The notes beneath the pieces were generated by a model. It had not been told where the DNA came from. It did no database searches and saw only the letters and a program-made list of their open reading frames with translations. A stretch of 64,000 nucleotides of DNA. Origin: Blastocatellia bacterium. Lineage in GTDB: Bacteria; Acidobacteriota; Blastocatellia; UBA7656. Below, in pieces: positions 1-9,653 of this stretch. Each line of letters opens with the position of its first letter. The first letter of the stretch is position 1. Both the position numbers and the translations under genes were made by a program. The DNA is taken from assembly GCA_963765495.1 (NCBI GenBank), contig CAVXWP010000002.1:480001-544000 (forward strand), in the 5' to 3' direction.

Positions 1-525
1 GACCGAAAGACCGTAAACGCCCGCCGCCGCCGCAAGCAACAACAGCACGCCTATGATCTTGATCAGCCCGAACAATTTCATCGCTTCGGCATCGCCCGTC
101 GTGTATTCGAAAAAGATCAGATTCACGGCAAAAAACAGGACGACCATGACCATATCGAATACGCGTTCGATCATAACGGTCGCATAGCTTGCCGATGGGT
201 GAACCCGCTCTTTTACCGAAAGCACGGCGGGCCGGACTATGAACTCTCCCGCGCGCCCCATCAAAAACATTGCCGAAAAGCCCACCACCGTAGCGCGAAA
301 CAACGCCCTGAGCGACGGGTAAGCCATCGGTTCAAGCAATGCGCGCCATCTGAGGACGCGGACGAAATAGGTCCCGACAAGTAAGACAAGGGCCAGAGCG
401 AGTTGCGCCCAGCTCGCCCCGCCGACCTCGGTCCAAACCTGTCTCCAGTCCAGTTTATGCGCGAACCAGTAGACGAATAATCCGCCTACGATAAGGCTCG
501 CTATAGTTTTGAGCCTGCTCTTCAA
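1..525 (-). CDS. Lysylphosphatidylglycerol synthase TM-region / flippase-like membrane protein (UPF0104), 3' end outside window
   Basis: Manual translation from TTG at 525: MKSRLKTIASLIVGGLFVYWF...VRVLRWRALL...GRAGEFIVRPAVLS...IERVFD, with the RW, GE..R and ERxFD motifs typical of the family. Not in the supplied ORF track. Confidence 0.8.
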   Translation of the reverse strand, partial: MKSRLKTIASLIVGGLFVYWFAHKLDWRQVWTEVGGASWAQLALALVLLVGTYFVRVLRWRALLEPMAYPSLRALFRATVVGFSAMFLMGRAGEFIVRPAVLSVKERVHPSASYATVMIERVFDMVMVVLFFAVNLIFFEYTTGDAEAMKLFGLIKIIGVLLLLAAAAGVYGLSV

Positions 526-720
526 AGCTTCCAGCCATTCCGCATAGTATGCTATCTTAAAATCTAAAGGCGCGTGCCGATCATTGATTCCCTGAGTTCG
601 CCTTGATTCAACGGTTCAGCCTCCGGGCACTGAGCCAAGCGGGGATTCTAGCATGAACTCCTGGCCCTTCGCACGTCCCCGACGAGTGTGGGTGAGACGA
701 GGGCGGGCACAAGCCTTGTG

Positions 721-746
721 GGAACATTTCGAGTTACCATCTCGTT
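721..746 (+). promoter_or_regulatory. Putative ECF sigma promoter GGAAC-N17-CGTT (likely autoregulatory)
   Basis: GGAAC at 721-725 and CGTT at 743-746, directly upstream of the ECF sigma gene. The same spacing recurs at 2575-2599. Confidence 0.6.
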
Positions 747-788
747 TAGCGAGTTGGACGACCCCGGGCGATTCTGCCAGGGTTAAGA

Positions 789-1400
789 ATGAAGCTTACG
801 AGAAGGCGACAGGTGGGAGCAAGATTAGCTTTGACGTCAAGCGATGCTGAATTGGTTCAGCGTTGTATAGAAGGAGACCAGCATGCCTGGGCGGAGGTGG
901 TGCGTTCATATTCGCGCCGCATCTACAACCTGGCATACCGCTTTACGTCGAGCCACGCGGCGGCAGAAGACCTGACCCAGGAAGTCTTCATTCGCGTCTA
1001 TCGCTCGCTCGGGCAATACGACGCCGCGCTCGGAGATTTATCGAACTGGCTCATGCGGCTGGCGCGCAATCTGATCATCGACGATTATCGCAAACGCCAG
1101 CGCACGCCTACGGATTCGAGCGACGATCTGGCCGATCACGAATATCACCTGCCTGCCGGTATAGACTCTCCGCAACGCTCGCTTGAGCGCAAGGAGCGCA
1201 GGCTACAGGTGCTTGCGGCCATTGACAAACTTTCTGCCGACCTGCGCGAGTGCGTCATTCTTCGAGACATCGAAGAGTTGACTTACCAGGAGATTGTGGA
1301 CCTCCTCCAGATACCGGAAGGCACGGTCAAGAGCCGGATCAATCGAGGCCGGATCGAGCTGGCCAAGGTGTTGCGCAGGATGAAGGTCAGTCCTGATTAG
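789..1400 (+). CDS. ECF (RpoE/SigW-like) RNA polymerase sigma factor
   Basis: Region 2 (AEDLTQEVFIRVYRSL...WLMRLARNLIID) and region 4 (LTYQEIVDLLQIPEGTVKSRINRGR). The true start may be the TTG at 831. Confidence 0.92.
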   Translation: MKLTRRRQVGARLALTSSDAELVQRCIEGDQHAWAEVVRSYSRRIYNLAYRFTSSHAAAEDLTQEVFIRVYRSLGQYDAALGDLSNWLMRLARNLIIDDYRKRQRTPTDSSDDLADHEYHLPAGIDSPQRSLERKERRLQVLAAIDKLSADLRECVILRDIEELTYQEIVDLLQIPEGTVKSRINRGRIELAKVLRRMKVSPD

Positions 1401-1535
1401 GGCGGCTGGCATCCGGCAGTCCTCAGTAGTCCGTATAAGCCACTGATTGCTGATAGCTGAAATCATATCGCCGATAAGCTTTCGGGCGAGCCGGGAATAC
1501 TTTATGGAGAGTGGAGATTCCTACCACTGAAGACT

Positions 1536-2399
1536 ATGAATTGCAGTAAGTTTGAAGAATCGCTGAGTGAATATCTGGACGGGTTGCTCGAGCCGGGCGA
1601 GGCAAAATTGTTTGGCGCGCACGCGCTACAGTGCCGCTCTTGCCGGGGCTTGCTTGACGAAATCAAAGCCGCGCTCAAGGATTGCCGCGATCAGTTCGAC
1701 CTTGAGCCTTCCGAAGCGCTCGAAGCCTCGCTTGTTCGGATTCCATCCGAATACGGAATGCTTGATTGCGAGGGTTTTCAAGAACTGGTAACAGAGTTTC
1801 TCGACGGGTTCGTGCCGGCCCACACTTATCATCGTTTTGAAACCCACGCGGAAAGCTGTTGTGAGTGTTCGAGTCTTTTAACCGAAGTGGTTTACGCTGT
1901 GGCCGCCTGCCATTCGGTTCATACCTACGAAAATTATGAGGTGCCTGAAGCTTTGTTTAACAAGCTTCAGGCACTGATGCCGGAGAAACGCCGCAGTTTG
2001 AGGCGGGCAATTTCGGATCGTATAACCACGTGGGCCGGGTATTTGATTCCGAGCAAGACTCAGGGCGCGCCCTGGAGTTTTGCCACCGCTTCGATGCTTG
2101 CGTTTTCTACCTTCGCGCTGCTGCTCTTCTCTTTTTCGGATGACAGGACGGTAACCGGGATATACAGGCAGGCTCATCTGAAGGCTGCCGAATTCTACAC
2201 TCAGAGCGCAGACATCTATGCACAAAGGGCCGAGGTAGTCGCTCGCATACAGGAAGTCGGCTCCGGTATAGAAGAGATATGGGACACGCTCGGCGGCACT
2301 GATCCCAACGGAAATCCGACTGCAAAGAAGCCCGCTAAAGAGAATCAAAAGAATGAATCGAGCGCACCCAGACCCAAAGGTTCAAACCAAAAGCACTGA
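1536..2399 (+). CDS. Membrane anti-sigma factor with two tandem zf-HC2 (ZAS) domains
   Basis: C..LSEYLDG..HALQCRSC and C..VTEFLDG..HAESCCEC, one TM helix, adjacent to the ECF sigma gene. Confidence 0.85.
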   Translation: MNCSKFEESLSEYLDGLLEPGEAKLFGAHALQCRSCRGLLDEIKAALKDCRDQFDLEPSEALEASLVRIPSEYGMLDCEGFQELVTEFLDGFVPAHTYHRFETHAESCCECSSLLTEVVYAVAACHSVHTYENYEVPEALFNKLQALMPEKRRSLRRAISDRITTWAGYLIPSKTQGAPWSFATASMLAFSTFALLLFSFSDDRTVTGIYRQAHLKAAEFYTQSADIYAQRAEVVARIQEVGSGIEEIWDTLGGTDPNGNPTAKKPAKENQKNESSAPRPKGSNQKH

Positions 2400-2574
2400 A
2401 GCGAATTCGAAAAGATGCAAATAGGAACGAGCACAACGGGGGACACGAAAAATCCAGAAGAGCGGTGGTCCTCGCGAGGTTTCGGTGTTGCCGCTTTGGT
2501 CGTTGAATCAAGACTGAAAATCAAACGAACGCGAAATAGTTTTTACCTTGATTTATCGAGACAGTAATTCCGCA

Positions 2575-2599
2575 GAACCACAAGCCCTTCGGTTTCGTT
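2575..2599 (+). promoter_or_regulatory. Second putative ECF promoter GAAC-N17-CGTT
   Basis: GAAC at 2575-2578 and CGTT at 2596-2599, about 55 nt upstream of the ATG at 2655. Confidence 0.55.
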
Positions 2600-2654
2600 C
2601 TGAACTTATGAGGGCCGCAAAAGGCGCTACTCATAATATTAAAGATAGGATCAA

Positions 2655-3386
2655 ATGAATATGTACTGTGCTTACCATCCAAATAATCCTGCCCGTGTGC
2701 AATGCAGGAGTTGCTCGCGCTCTTTATGCGCCGCTTGCGATCATCGGATAAAGGGTTCGGCCTACTGCCAGGACTGTATCGTGCTCGGCATCGAAAATCT
2801 TTCGCGCAATTATTACCGGGCAGGCCAGTCGAAAGGGCGCGCCCGCCTTGCAGCTCTCTGCGCGCTGCTGCCCGGCATGGGCGCGGTCTTCAATCGTCAG
2901 AACATCAAGGCCGTCGTCCACTTCGTAACCATCATGGGGATATTCCAGCTTACGCGCATTGACGGGCTTGAAGGCGTATTTGTTCTGGGCGGAATCGCTT
3001 TTTACCTTTACACGATCATCGATGCCTACCGCACGGCGCAGTCGATAGCGCAGGGAGAGAGTCCGGCGGCAAACGAAGAGAGATTCAAGCAATCATTGAT
3101 AAAGCGCGCCCCGACAGTCGGGTTGATATTGATAGTGGCCGGTCTCCTGCTCGTGATTCAGATACTTCATCCGTTCAATCTCATACTCTCGTTTGCGCGG
3201 CTCCTGCCGGTAGCATTGATCGTGCTGGGCGGATACCTGCTCACGCGATACTTCAAACGCTCGCGCGACGGAGGCTCATCGAAAGATCATTCCGAGCGAC
3301 CGCCTTATCAACTTGTGCCCGGAGCATACGGCGGGCGCGAGTCTCAATCTTCCAGCAGGGCGTCTCATCCGTTCGACCGGAGGTAA
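2655..3386 (+). CDS. B-box zinc finger membrane protein
   Basis: N-terminal CAYHP..CRSC..LCAAC..YCQDC followed by about 5 hydrophobic segments. Confidence 0.75.
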   Translation: MNMYCAYHPNNPARVQCRSCSRSLCAACDHRIKGSAYCQDCIVLGIENLSRNYYRAGQSKGRARLAALCALLPGMGAVFNRQNIKAVVHFVTIMGIFQLTRIDGLEGVFVLGGIAFYLYTIIDAYRTAQSIAQGESPAANEERFKQSLIKRAPTVGLILIVAGLLLVIQILHPFNLILSFARLLPVALIVLGGYLLTRYFKRSRDGGSSKDHSERPPYQLVPGAYGGRESQSSSRASHPFDRR

Positions 3387-3389
3387 GAG

Positions 3390-5114
3390 TTGGCATCAGC
3401 GGGCAAAAAGAAGAAGGGCCTGTTACTTGTCGGGCTGCTGCTTGTGACGGCAGGAATCATCTTCGTCACATTTCCGGCAAGCGCAAGCCTGGCCGAATGG
3501 CTGATGCGGCTCTGGCCCGTCTTTCTGATCTGCGCGGGCGTTGTTCGCGTTATGGGATACGCAATCGAGCGCAAGCCTCGCTCGCCTCTGGGCGGAATGT
3601 TCCTGATAATCATCGGAGTTCTTTTTCTTGCCTCCCGTTTTCACTCAGATTTGAATGCGCTACAGATCTACGGACGATACTGGCTGCTGCTGCTTGGCGT
3701 ATTTGCCGGAGTGGAGTTGCTCAGATTCTACTCGCACCGTCACACGGAAGGGCCCCCGCCTCGCCTGTTTACGCCCTGGCGTTTGATCGTAATCGCCTTC
3801 ATCGTGAGCACAGGAGTTCTGGCCAATCGTGTGGCAGGAGACAACCCTTCCCTCTTATCCGCGCTAAAGTTGCCAAAATTTTTGAGCGGCCTGCGTGATT
3901 CCGTGGTCGGCGACAAATACACTTTTAATGACGAGCCCTTCGTAGCGCAGGCCGACAAGGCAGGCAGCAAAGTAACGATCAGAAACAGCTACGGCAGCGT
4001 CAAGGTCACAGGCGGGAGCCAGACTTTTCGCGCAACGCTCAGTAAAGGCGTGCGCGCCTGGAGCGAAGAAGACGCCCGCAAGATAGCCGGAGAGATTCGC
4101 CTGATCGTCAATCAGAACGAGGACGGGTGGGTTATTACCACCAATCGGGAAGAGATCAACAATCAGTTCACGACCGATATTCAAGTCGAGGTTCCTTCCT
4201 CAATCGCGCTCTTCGTTACCAACAGCTATGGCTCGGCCTCGGCGACAGGAGACCTGAGCGGTGTAACGATGAAGGTCAGCTACGGCAGAGCGGATGTGGC
4301 GGGTACAAACGGAGACGTAAATCTCGATCTGACATACAGCGATGCAGGGGTCTCGAACGTAAACGGCGATCTCAATATAAACGGGGCCAGGCGGGTAAAG
4401 ATAGCGGACGTGTCGGGTTCGGTAGAACTCGGGGCCAATAACGGCTCGATAGAGCTTTACAAAATCGCGGGACCGGCTCATGTGGAAGCGCCGTTTTCAT
4501 CCATCAGCGCCGAAGACCTCAGCAGCAGCGCCCGGATCAAGACCGAGCACTCAAGTGTTCGAGTTGCCCGCGCCGCCGATGTGGATATCGAGGCCCCTCA
4601 CTCGGATGTCCACGCCGAAGATATAGCCGGGGATTTGAAAATAACATCCTCTCATAGCAAGATCGATCTCCACTCAATCGGCGGCGAACTGACAATATCT
4701 GCTGATCGAAGCTCGGTTGTGACCGACAACACCGAGGGGCCGATTGACATAAAGACCTCGCACGGCAGTGTAACGGTTCGGAATTTTTATGAAAGCGTGA
4801 ATATCGAAACGAGCTATCGAGATGTGACGCTCGTGTCGGCCATTCAGCCTGAAAACGACATCGAAGTGGAAAACGACCACGGCGCGATAAAACTCGTGCT
4901 TCCCGAGCCGAGTCAGTTTTATCTCGACGCGGCGAGCCACAGCGGGCAGGTCAGGCCAATCGGGTTCAGCAATCTTCCATCGAGGATACGCGACAGCGCC
5001 ACGGTTTCGCTTGGTTCGGATGGGCCGGTCATCAAGCTGAGAACATCTTACAGGGACATAACTATAGAGGCGAACAAAGACCGTCAGGAGCAGGCCGACA
5101 GGGCCGTCAATTGA
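3390..5114 (+). CDS. Membrane protein with LiaF-like TM region and DUF4097 (adhesin-like beta-repeat) domain
   Basis: N-terminal TM helices with LWPVFLI and YWLLLL motifs, and repeated 'I.TS.G.V.V..I.G' beta units in the C-terminal two thirds. Confidence 0.75.
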   Translation: MASAGKKKKGLLLVGLLLVTAGIIFVTFPASASLAEWLMRLWPVFLICAGVVRVMGYAIERKPRSPLGGMFLIIIGVLFLASRFHSDLNALQIYGRYWLLLLGVFAGVELLRFYSHRHTEGPPPRLFTPWRLIVIAFIVSTGVLANRVAGDNPSLLSALKLPKFLSGLRDSVVGDKYTFNDEPFVAQADKAGSKVTIRNSYGSVKVTGGSQTFRATLSKGVRAWSEEDARKIAGEIRLIVNQNEDGWVITTNREEINNQFTTDIQVEVPSSIALFVTNSYGSASATGDLSGVTMKVSYGRADVAGTNGDVNLDLTYSDAGVSNVNGDLNINGARRVKIADVSGSVELGANNGSIELYKIAGPAHVEAPFSSISAEDLSSSARIKTEHSSVRVARAADVDIEAPHSDVHAEDIAGDLKITSSHSKIDLHSIGGELTISADRSSVVTDNTEGPIDIKTSHGSVTVRNFYESVNIETSYRDVTLVSAIQPENDIEVENDHGAIKLVLPEPSQFYLDAASHSGQVRPIGFSNLPSRIRDSATVSLGSDGPVIKLRTSYRDITIEANKDRQEQADRAVN

Positions 5115-5225
5115 ACTGGAATTGCGGGATGCAGTTTGCCGGATTCAGCAACCGCAATCAACTTCGTCGTCTTCTCTAAAGAAATTGGGTGAAACCGGCA
5201 GTAAAGATTTGAAAGGAGTCAACTC

Positions 5226-5414
5226 ATGGGAATTTTGAGATTCATCATAGGCATTGTGACCTTCGTCATCGCCGTCAAGCTTCTTGCCATACTACTGGTG
5301 CTTGTCGGTTTTGCGTTGAAGCTACTCTGGCTTGCGATAATAGTGGGCTTTTTCGTTTTGATCGGATGGGTCATCTACAAAATAGTATCGCCCTCACGCG
5401 CGGCTCAGGTTTGA
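5226..5414 (+). CDS. Small hydrophobic membrane protein (62 aa)
   Basis: Good SD (AAAGGAG), almost entirely hydrophobic. Confidence 0.75.
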   Translation: MGILRFIIGIVTFVIAVKLLAILLVLVGFALKLLWLAIIVGFFVLIGWVIYKIVSPSRAAQV

Positions 5415-5442
5415 CAGGGGGGGCCTTTGACCTTTTCAGCTG

Positions 5443-5487
5443 TGAGATATTAAATCTCAATTTTGAAAATTGAGATTTAATATCTCA
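5443..5487. repeat. Perfect 22-bp palindrome with 1-nt centre
   Basis: TGAGATATTAAATCTCAATTTT-G-AAAATTGAGATTTAATATCTCA. Confidence 0.9.
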
Positions 5488-5726
5488 GTCGGCCTGCCCT
5501 TTGCAGGCATTTTCAGTTTATTGCAATTCTCATACATCTATTTCAGGATCGACTTGATTCTATTGCCATTTCACGCCTTTGTGTGATAGCCTGCGAAGTC
5601 TGTTTGAGCAGGTTGTACCCCTCACGAACAAGTTTTTGGGAAAGTTTATTTGTAAACTGATCGGGTGTTGCTGTGGGACATTGGCAACATCCCTACACTC
5701 TGCTAACAGAGCAAAGGAGATGTTGA

Positions 5727-6584
5727 ATGTCGAAAGATGATCGCCGCTTGACCTTTCTGATCGTTCCTACCCCTACGTCTAAGGCAAGGCGCATTAGTAT
5801 TCATCATAATGTTATCTATATCGCAGGCGGGGCGGTTGGTCTCTTGCTGCTGCTCGCGCTACTGGCCACCGTGCGCCTGTTGCAGCACGAGACGCTCAAC
5901 TTCAAGTTGATGTCGGTCAAGGCCGAAAATGAAAGCCTCAAGAAACAGAATGACGAATACGAAAGTTCTTACGCAAAGCTCAAGGGGCAGATATCTTATA
6001 TCGAGGACATGTCAAAAGAGCTTGCCCGGCAGGCAAAGATGGAGAACGTCCCCGAGATAGACGATCAGGTAGGCACAGGCGGACCAGAGACGGTGGCGGC
6101 GATTGATCGAGCGGCAGATCAGTTGGAACACAATGTCAGAGAGATAGGCGATCAGTTGCAATCAGACATTCTGCGCGTGGCCTCGATTCCGTCGGGGCTG
6201 CCGGTCAACGGATACATAACCGACGGGCTTGGCCTCAGACGAAACCCCTTCAGCGGAGAGGGTCGCGAAGTCCATAACGGATTGGATATAGCGGTTGAGT
6301 TTGGCACACCCGTCGCCACGACGGCTGACGGATTGGTGATATGGGCCGGGCCTTATGGCGGGTACGGCAATCTCGTGGCCATCTATCACAGCAACGGAAT
6401 CACGACCCGCTACGGCCATCTATCGAGGATCACAGTCGAAGCCGGGCAGCGGGTAAAGCGCGGCGATCAAATAGGCCACGCGGGCAGCACGGGACGGTCG
6501 ACCGGGCCGCACGTGCATTACGAGATACGCGAAAACGATCAGCCGATTGATCCTCTCAGATATGCCGATCTGGCTCGCCCGTAG
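5727..6584 (+). CDS. M23 family metallopeptidase (TM, coiled coil, LytM domain)
   Basis: HNGLD (HxxxD), YGHL and STGPHVHYE (HxH) motifs. Confidence 0.92.
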   Translation: MSKDDRRLTFLIVPTPTSKARRISIHHNVIYIAGGAVGLLLLLALLATVRLLQHETLNFKLMSVKAENESLKKQNDEYESSYAKLKGQISYIEDMSKELARQAKMENVPEIDDQVGTGGPETVAAIDRAADQLEHNVREIGDQLQSDILRVASIPSGLPVNGYITDGLGLRRNPFSGEGREVHNGLDIAVEFGTPVATTADGLVIWAGPYGGYGNLVAIYHSNGITTRYGHLSRITVEAGQRVKRGDQIGHAGSTGRSTGPHVHYEIRENDQPIDPLRYADLARP

Positions 6585-6616
6585 GGGGCGAGGCGGGTTG
6601 ATCTGCCGGGCGCAGG

Positions 6617-6982
6617 CTAGGAAAACAGATCGGTCAGGTCGCTGAAATCAAGCAGATCAAGCAACGAATGATTGCGATCAAGCTTATTTCCGGCGGTCCT
6701 GCGAATCAATTCATCCACTTTCGTACTTACCTCGTTATTTTCTTCTTTATCCGTAGTCTTGTGCAGGCGGCGCAGATCGGATTCTCGAACTTTTAGAAAA
6801 TGTTCCGGCAACCGGCGTCCGCAATAGCTGCAATTGGGACTTGCAAGCGCGAGCAATCTGCGGCGGCAATACGGGCAGGCGCGAAAATCAGGCGCAGCTT
6901 GCCTTATAGGAGCGCCGCAATTCACACATTTCAAAGCGCCTTCGTCGTTTGCGCTCTGGCAATATTCGCAGTTGGTTTCCAT
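6617..6982 (-). CDS. Double zinc-ribbon protein
   Basis: Four CxxC pairs: CEYC, CVNC, CPYC, CSYC. Confidence 0.7.
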   Translation of the reverse strand: METNCEYCQSANDEGALKCVNCGAPIRQAAPDFRACPYCRRRLLALASPNCSYCGRRLPEHFLKVRESDLRRLHKTTDKEENNEVSTKVDELIRRTAGNKLDRNHSLLDLLDFSDLTDLFS

Positions 6983-7143
6983 CTATCAAAGGTCTTGACT
7001 GATCAAACACTGTAGGGGATTTACGGTTTCGATCATAAGCGAAGACCGAAAGGCTCACAACACTTTTCCGATAACCCACGACCTTTGATCACGATTTTTA
7101 CGATTCAGCCCCGTACGGGCGGGCATTCGATTTTCTACCTAGC

Positions 7144-7173
7144 TTGACACTCAATTTCCCGTGGAAGTAAGAT
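7144..7173 (+). promoter_or_regulatory. Putative sigma-70 promoter of the nuo operon
   Basis: TTGACA (7144-7149), N18, TAAGAT (7168-7173). Confidence 0.5.
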
Positions 7174-7244
7174 GCGTAGTCTTGGAGGGCGGCAAATTTT
7201 TTGCCCGTTATAAGGCTGTCGCCCGAATTGGAGACTTGACTTAT

Positions 7245-7649
7245 ATGAATCAAGCCGCGTCTGGAATAGCTGACTACATACCGATACTTCTCATCTTCAT
7301 CATCGCAACCGGATTCGCCGTGGTAATGATCGTCATGTCGAGGTTTGCGGGCAGGAATCGCCCCACGAAAGAGAAACTCGCGCCTTACGAGTGCGGCGTC
7401 GAACCTGTCGGCACGGCCCGCGAGCGCCAATCGGTGAAGTTTTATCTGGTGGCAATGATATTCTTGCTATTCGATCTTGAGGCCGTATTTCTTGTGCCCT
7501 GGGCAGCAGTCTTTTCCGGCGTGCTCAAAGACCCGCAATATAGCTCGCTCAAATACGTATTCTACGGCGAAATGATGGTCTTTATGGTTATACTGGCCGT
7601 CGGCCTCATCTATGTGTGGCGCAAAGGCATTCTCGAATGGAACCGCTGA
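7245..7649 (+). CDS. nuoA: NADH-quinone oxidoreductase subunit A
   Basis: PYECG and KFYLVAMIFLLFDLEAVFLVPWA motifs, ending WRKGILEW. Start placed at ATG 7245. Confidence 0.95.
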   Translation: MNQAASGIADYIPILLIFIIATGFAVVMIVMSRFAGRNRPTKEKLAPYECGVEPVGTARERQSVKFYLVAMIFLLFDLEAVFLVPWAAVFSGVLKDPQYSSLKYVFYGEMMVFMVILAVGLIYVWRKGILEWNR

Positions 7650-7686
7650 AGCCGCAGGTTTGCTTTGGCACGCTACAGATTATCCT

Positions 7687-8709
7687 ATGACGATTGATAT
7701 CCTGCTAGAGTGGCTGATTAAGATCGGCGTTATCTTCATTATTCTGCTGACCGTCGTCGCTTACATGAGCTACATGGAGCGAAGGGTGGCCGGGTGGATT
7801 CAATTGCGAGTAGGCCCGAACCGCGTAGGCCCGCTCGGGCTTTTACAACCGCTCGCCGACGGGCTGAAATTTATCTTTAAAGAAGACATCATCCCTACGG
7901 ATGCGAATCGCTGGCTCTATCTGGCGGCTCCGGCCGTGGCCATCATCCCGGCGCTTATGAGCTTTATCGTTATCCCTTTCGGAAGCTCTGTAAATCTCTT
8001 TGGGCGCGAGATCGCGCTTCGCGTCACGCGACTCGATGTGGCGCTGCTCTACATTCTGGCCATCGGATCGGTAGGTGTGTACGGCGTGGTGCTGGCCGGG
8101 TGGTCTTCAAACAATAAATACTCGCTGCTTGGAAGCCTGCGAGCGAGCGCGCAGATGATAAGCTACGAGCTTTCGCTTGGAATTTCGATAGCGGGTGTGT
8201 TGATGCTTGCCGGTACGCTCGATCTGGTCAATATAGTCGAGTTGCAGAGCGGCAGATGGCTCGGGTTTATTCCGCGCTGGAACATATTCTTGCAGCCGCT
8301 TGGATTTGTGATCTTTTTTATCTCGGCAATGGCTGAAACCAATCGCGTGCCTTTCGATCTGCCCGAGGCAGAAGCCGAGCTTGTCGCGGGTTACTTCACT
8401 GAGTATTCCTCTATGAAATTCGCGATGTTTTTCATGAGCGAATACTTCCACCTGATCACGGTGACATCAATAGCGACGACGCTCTATTTCGGCGGGTGGA
8501 ACGGCCCGTTTGTGAGCCGGTTTCCCTTCTTGAGCCTCGTATATTTCGTGCTCAAGGTCTTTGTGTTTATCTTCATCTTCATGTGGATTCGCTTCACGTT
8601 GCCGCGATTCCGCTACGATCAACTGATGCGCTTCGGATGGAAAGTGCTGCTGCCTGCGGCGATTATCAACGTGGTTATCACGGCGACAGTATTACTGTTC
8701 GTGAGCTAG
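7687..8709 (+). CDS. nuoH: NADH-quinone oxidoreductase subunit H
   Basis: [38 protein letters not shown] and [10 protein letters not shown] motifs. Confidence 0.96.
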   Translation: MTIDILLEWLIKIGVIFIILLTVVAYMSYMERRVAGWIQLRVGPNRVGPLGLLQPLADGLKFIFKEDIIPTDANRWLYLAAPAVAIIPALMSFIVIPFGSSVNLFGREIALRVTRLDVALLYILAIGSVGVYGVVLAGWSSNNKYSLLGSLRASAQMISYELSLGISIAGVLMLAGTLDLVNIVELQSGRWLGFIPRWNIFLQPLGFVIFFISAMAETNRVPFDLPEAEAELVAGYFTEYSSMKFAMFFMSEYFHLITVTSIATTLYFGGWNGPFVSRFPFLSLVYFVLKVFVFIFIFMWIRFTLPRFRYDQLMRFGWKVLLPAAIINVVITATVLLFVS

Positions 8710-8719
8710 AGCGCCAACA

Positions 8720-9226
8720 ATGGAAAAAGCCCTCTTCATCATCTTTGCTGTCATTGCGGTCATAACCGCGCTCAATATCCTTATCCAACGCAACCCGCTT
8801 TACAGCGCCCTGTCGCTTATTGGCACGCTTGCCTCGCTATCGGTGCTGTATGTGACGCTGAGGGCGCAATTCATCGCGGCCATTCAGATAGTCGTTTACG
8901 CGGGCGCGATAATGGTATTGTTCCTCTTTGTGATAATGCTGCTCAACGCGCCTAAAGAGACGCTCCATATAGACAAGCAAAAGGGTCTCAGGTATCTGGC
9001 CATACCGTTTGCGGGGATGCTTCTGGCCGAGACTTTTTTCGTGATCTGGCAAGTGCCGTACAAGGTCTTGCCCGCGCCTGAGACGACCGACCGCGCGCTC
9101 GGCACTACCTGGAGCATCGGGACAAAACTGTTTACCGATTATCTGCTGCCGTTTGAAGTGACATCGGTCCTGATTCTGATGGCGATTGTGGGCGCGATGG
9201 TCCTTGCGCGCCGCGAAGGAGACTGA
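8720..9226 (+). CDS. nuoJ: NADH-quinone oxidoreductase subunit J
   Basis: QIVVYAGAIMVLFLFVIMLLN and YLLPFE motifs. Confidence 0.95.
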   Translation: MEKALFIIFAVIAVITALNILIQRNPLYSALSLIGTLASLSVLYVTLRAQFIAAIQIVVYAGAIMVLFLFVIMLLNAPKETLHIDKQKGLRYLAIPFAGMLLAETFFVIWQVPYKVLPAPETTDRALGTTWSIGTKLFTDYLLPFEVTSVLILMAIVGAMVLARREGD

Positions 9227-9228
9227 TT

Positions 9229-9280
9229 GATTTTAGATTTTAGATTTTGGATTAAGATTCGAAATCCAAAATCTAAAATC
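9229..9280. repeat. Heptamer (GATTTTR)n inverted-repeat element
   Basis: Perfect 18-bp arms at 9236-9253 and 9263-9280, between nuoJ and nuoK. Confidence 0.9.
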
Positions 9281-9333
9281 GCGCTGCGCGAAGCGCATAA
9301 TGCGCCAAGAAAATCTAAAATTCTGGAGAGAGT

Positions 9334-9636
9334 ATGGTTCCTTTATCGTGGTATCTGGGTCTGTCGGCTTTGCTTTTTACGATAGGCGCTATAGGAGTCT
9401 TTATCAAACGCAATGCGATCACGATATTCCTGTGCATAGAGCTTATGCTCAACGGGGTCAACCTGTCGCTGGTCGCGTTTTCGGCCTTCTTTCACGAGAT
9501 CACCGGACAACTTTTTGTCTTTATCGTGATGACGGTGGCCGCAGCCGAAGCGGCTGTCGGTCTTGCAATTATTATCTCCATCTTTAGAACACGCGAAACG
9601 CTCAACGTAGACGAAGCCGACGCGCTGAAGCTGTGA
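9334..9636 (+). CDS. nuoK: NADH-quinone oxidoreductase subunit K
   Basis: IELMLN and [12 protein letters not shown] motifs. Confidence 0.96.
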   Translation: MVPLSWYLGLSALLFTIGAIGVFIKRNAITIFLCIELMLNGVNLSLVAFSAFFHEITGQLFVFIVMTVAAAEAAVGLAIIISIFRTRETLNVDEADALKL

Positions 9637-9653
9637 GAGAGTGCTGACATAAA

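Noticed and set aside
600-720. GC-rich possible RNA structure or riboswitch upstream of the ECF sigma
   Set aside because: No recognisable riboswitch, tRNA, SRP or tmRNA motif, and it lies upstream of the predicted promoter.
2426-2503. Possible degenerate IR element after the anti-sigma gene
   Set aside because: The arms pair too imperfectly to support a call by eye.
7666-7682. TGGCACG upstream of nuoH as a sigma-54 promoter
   Set aside because: The -12 TTGC element is missing (TGGCACG-CTAC-AGAT) and it is too close to the start codon.
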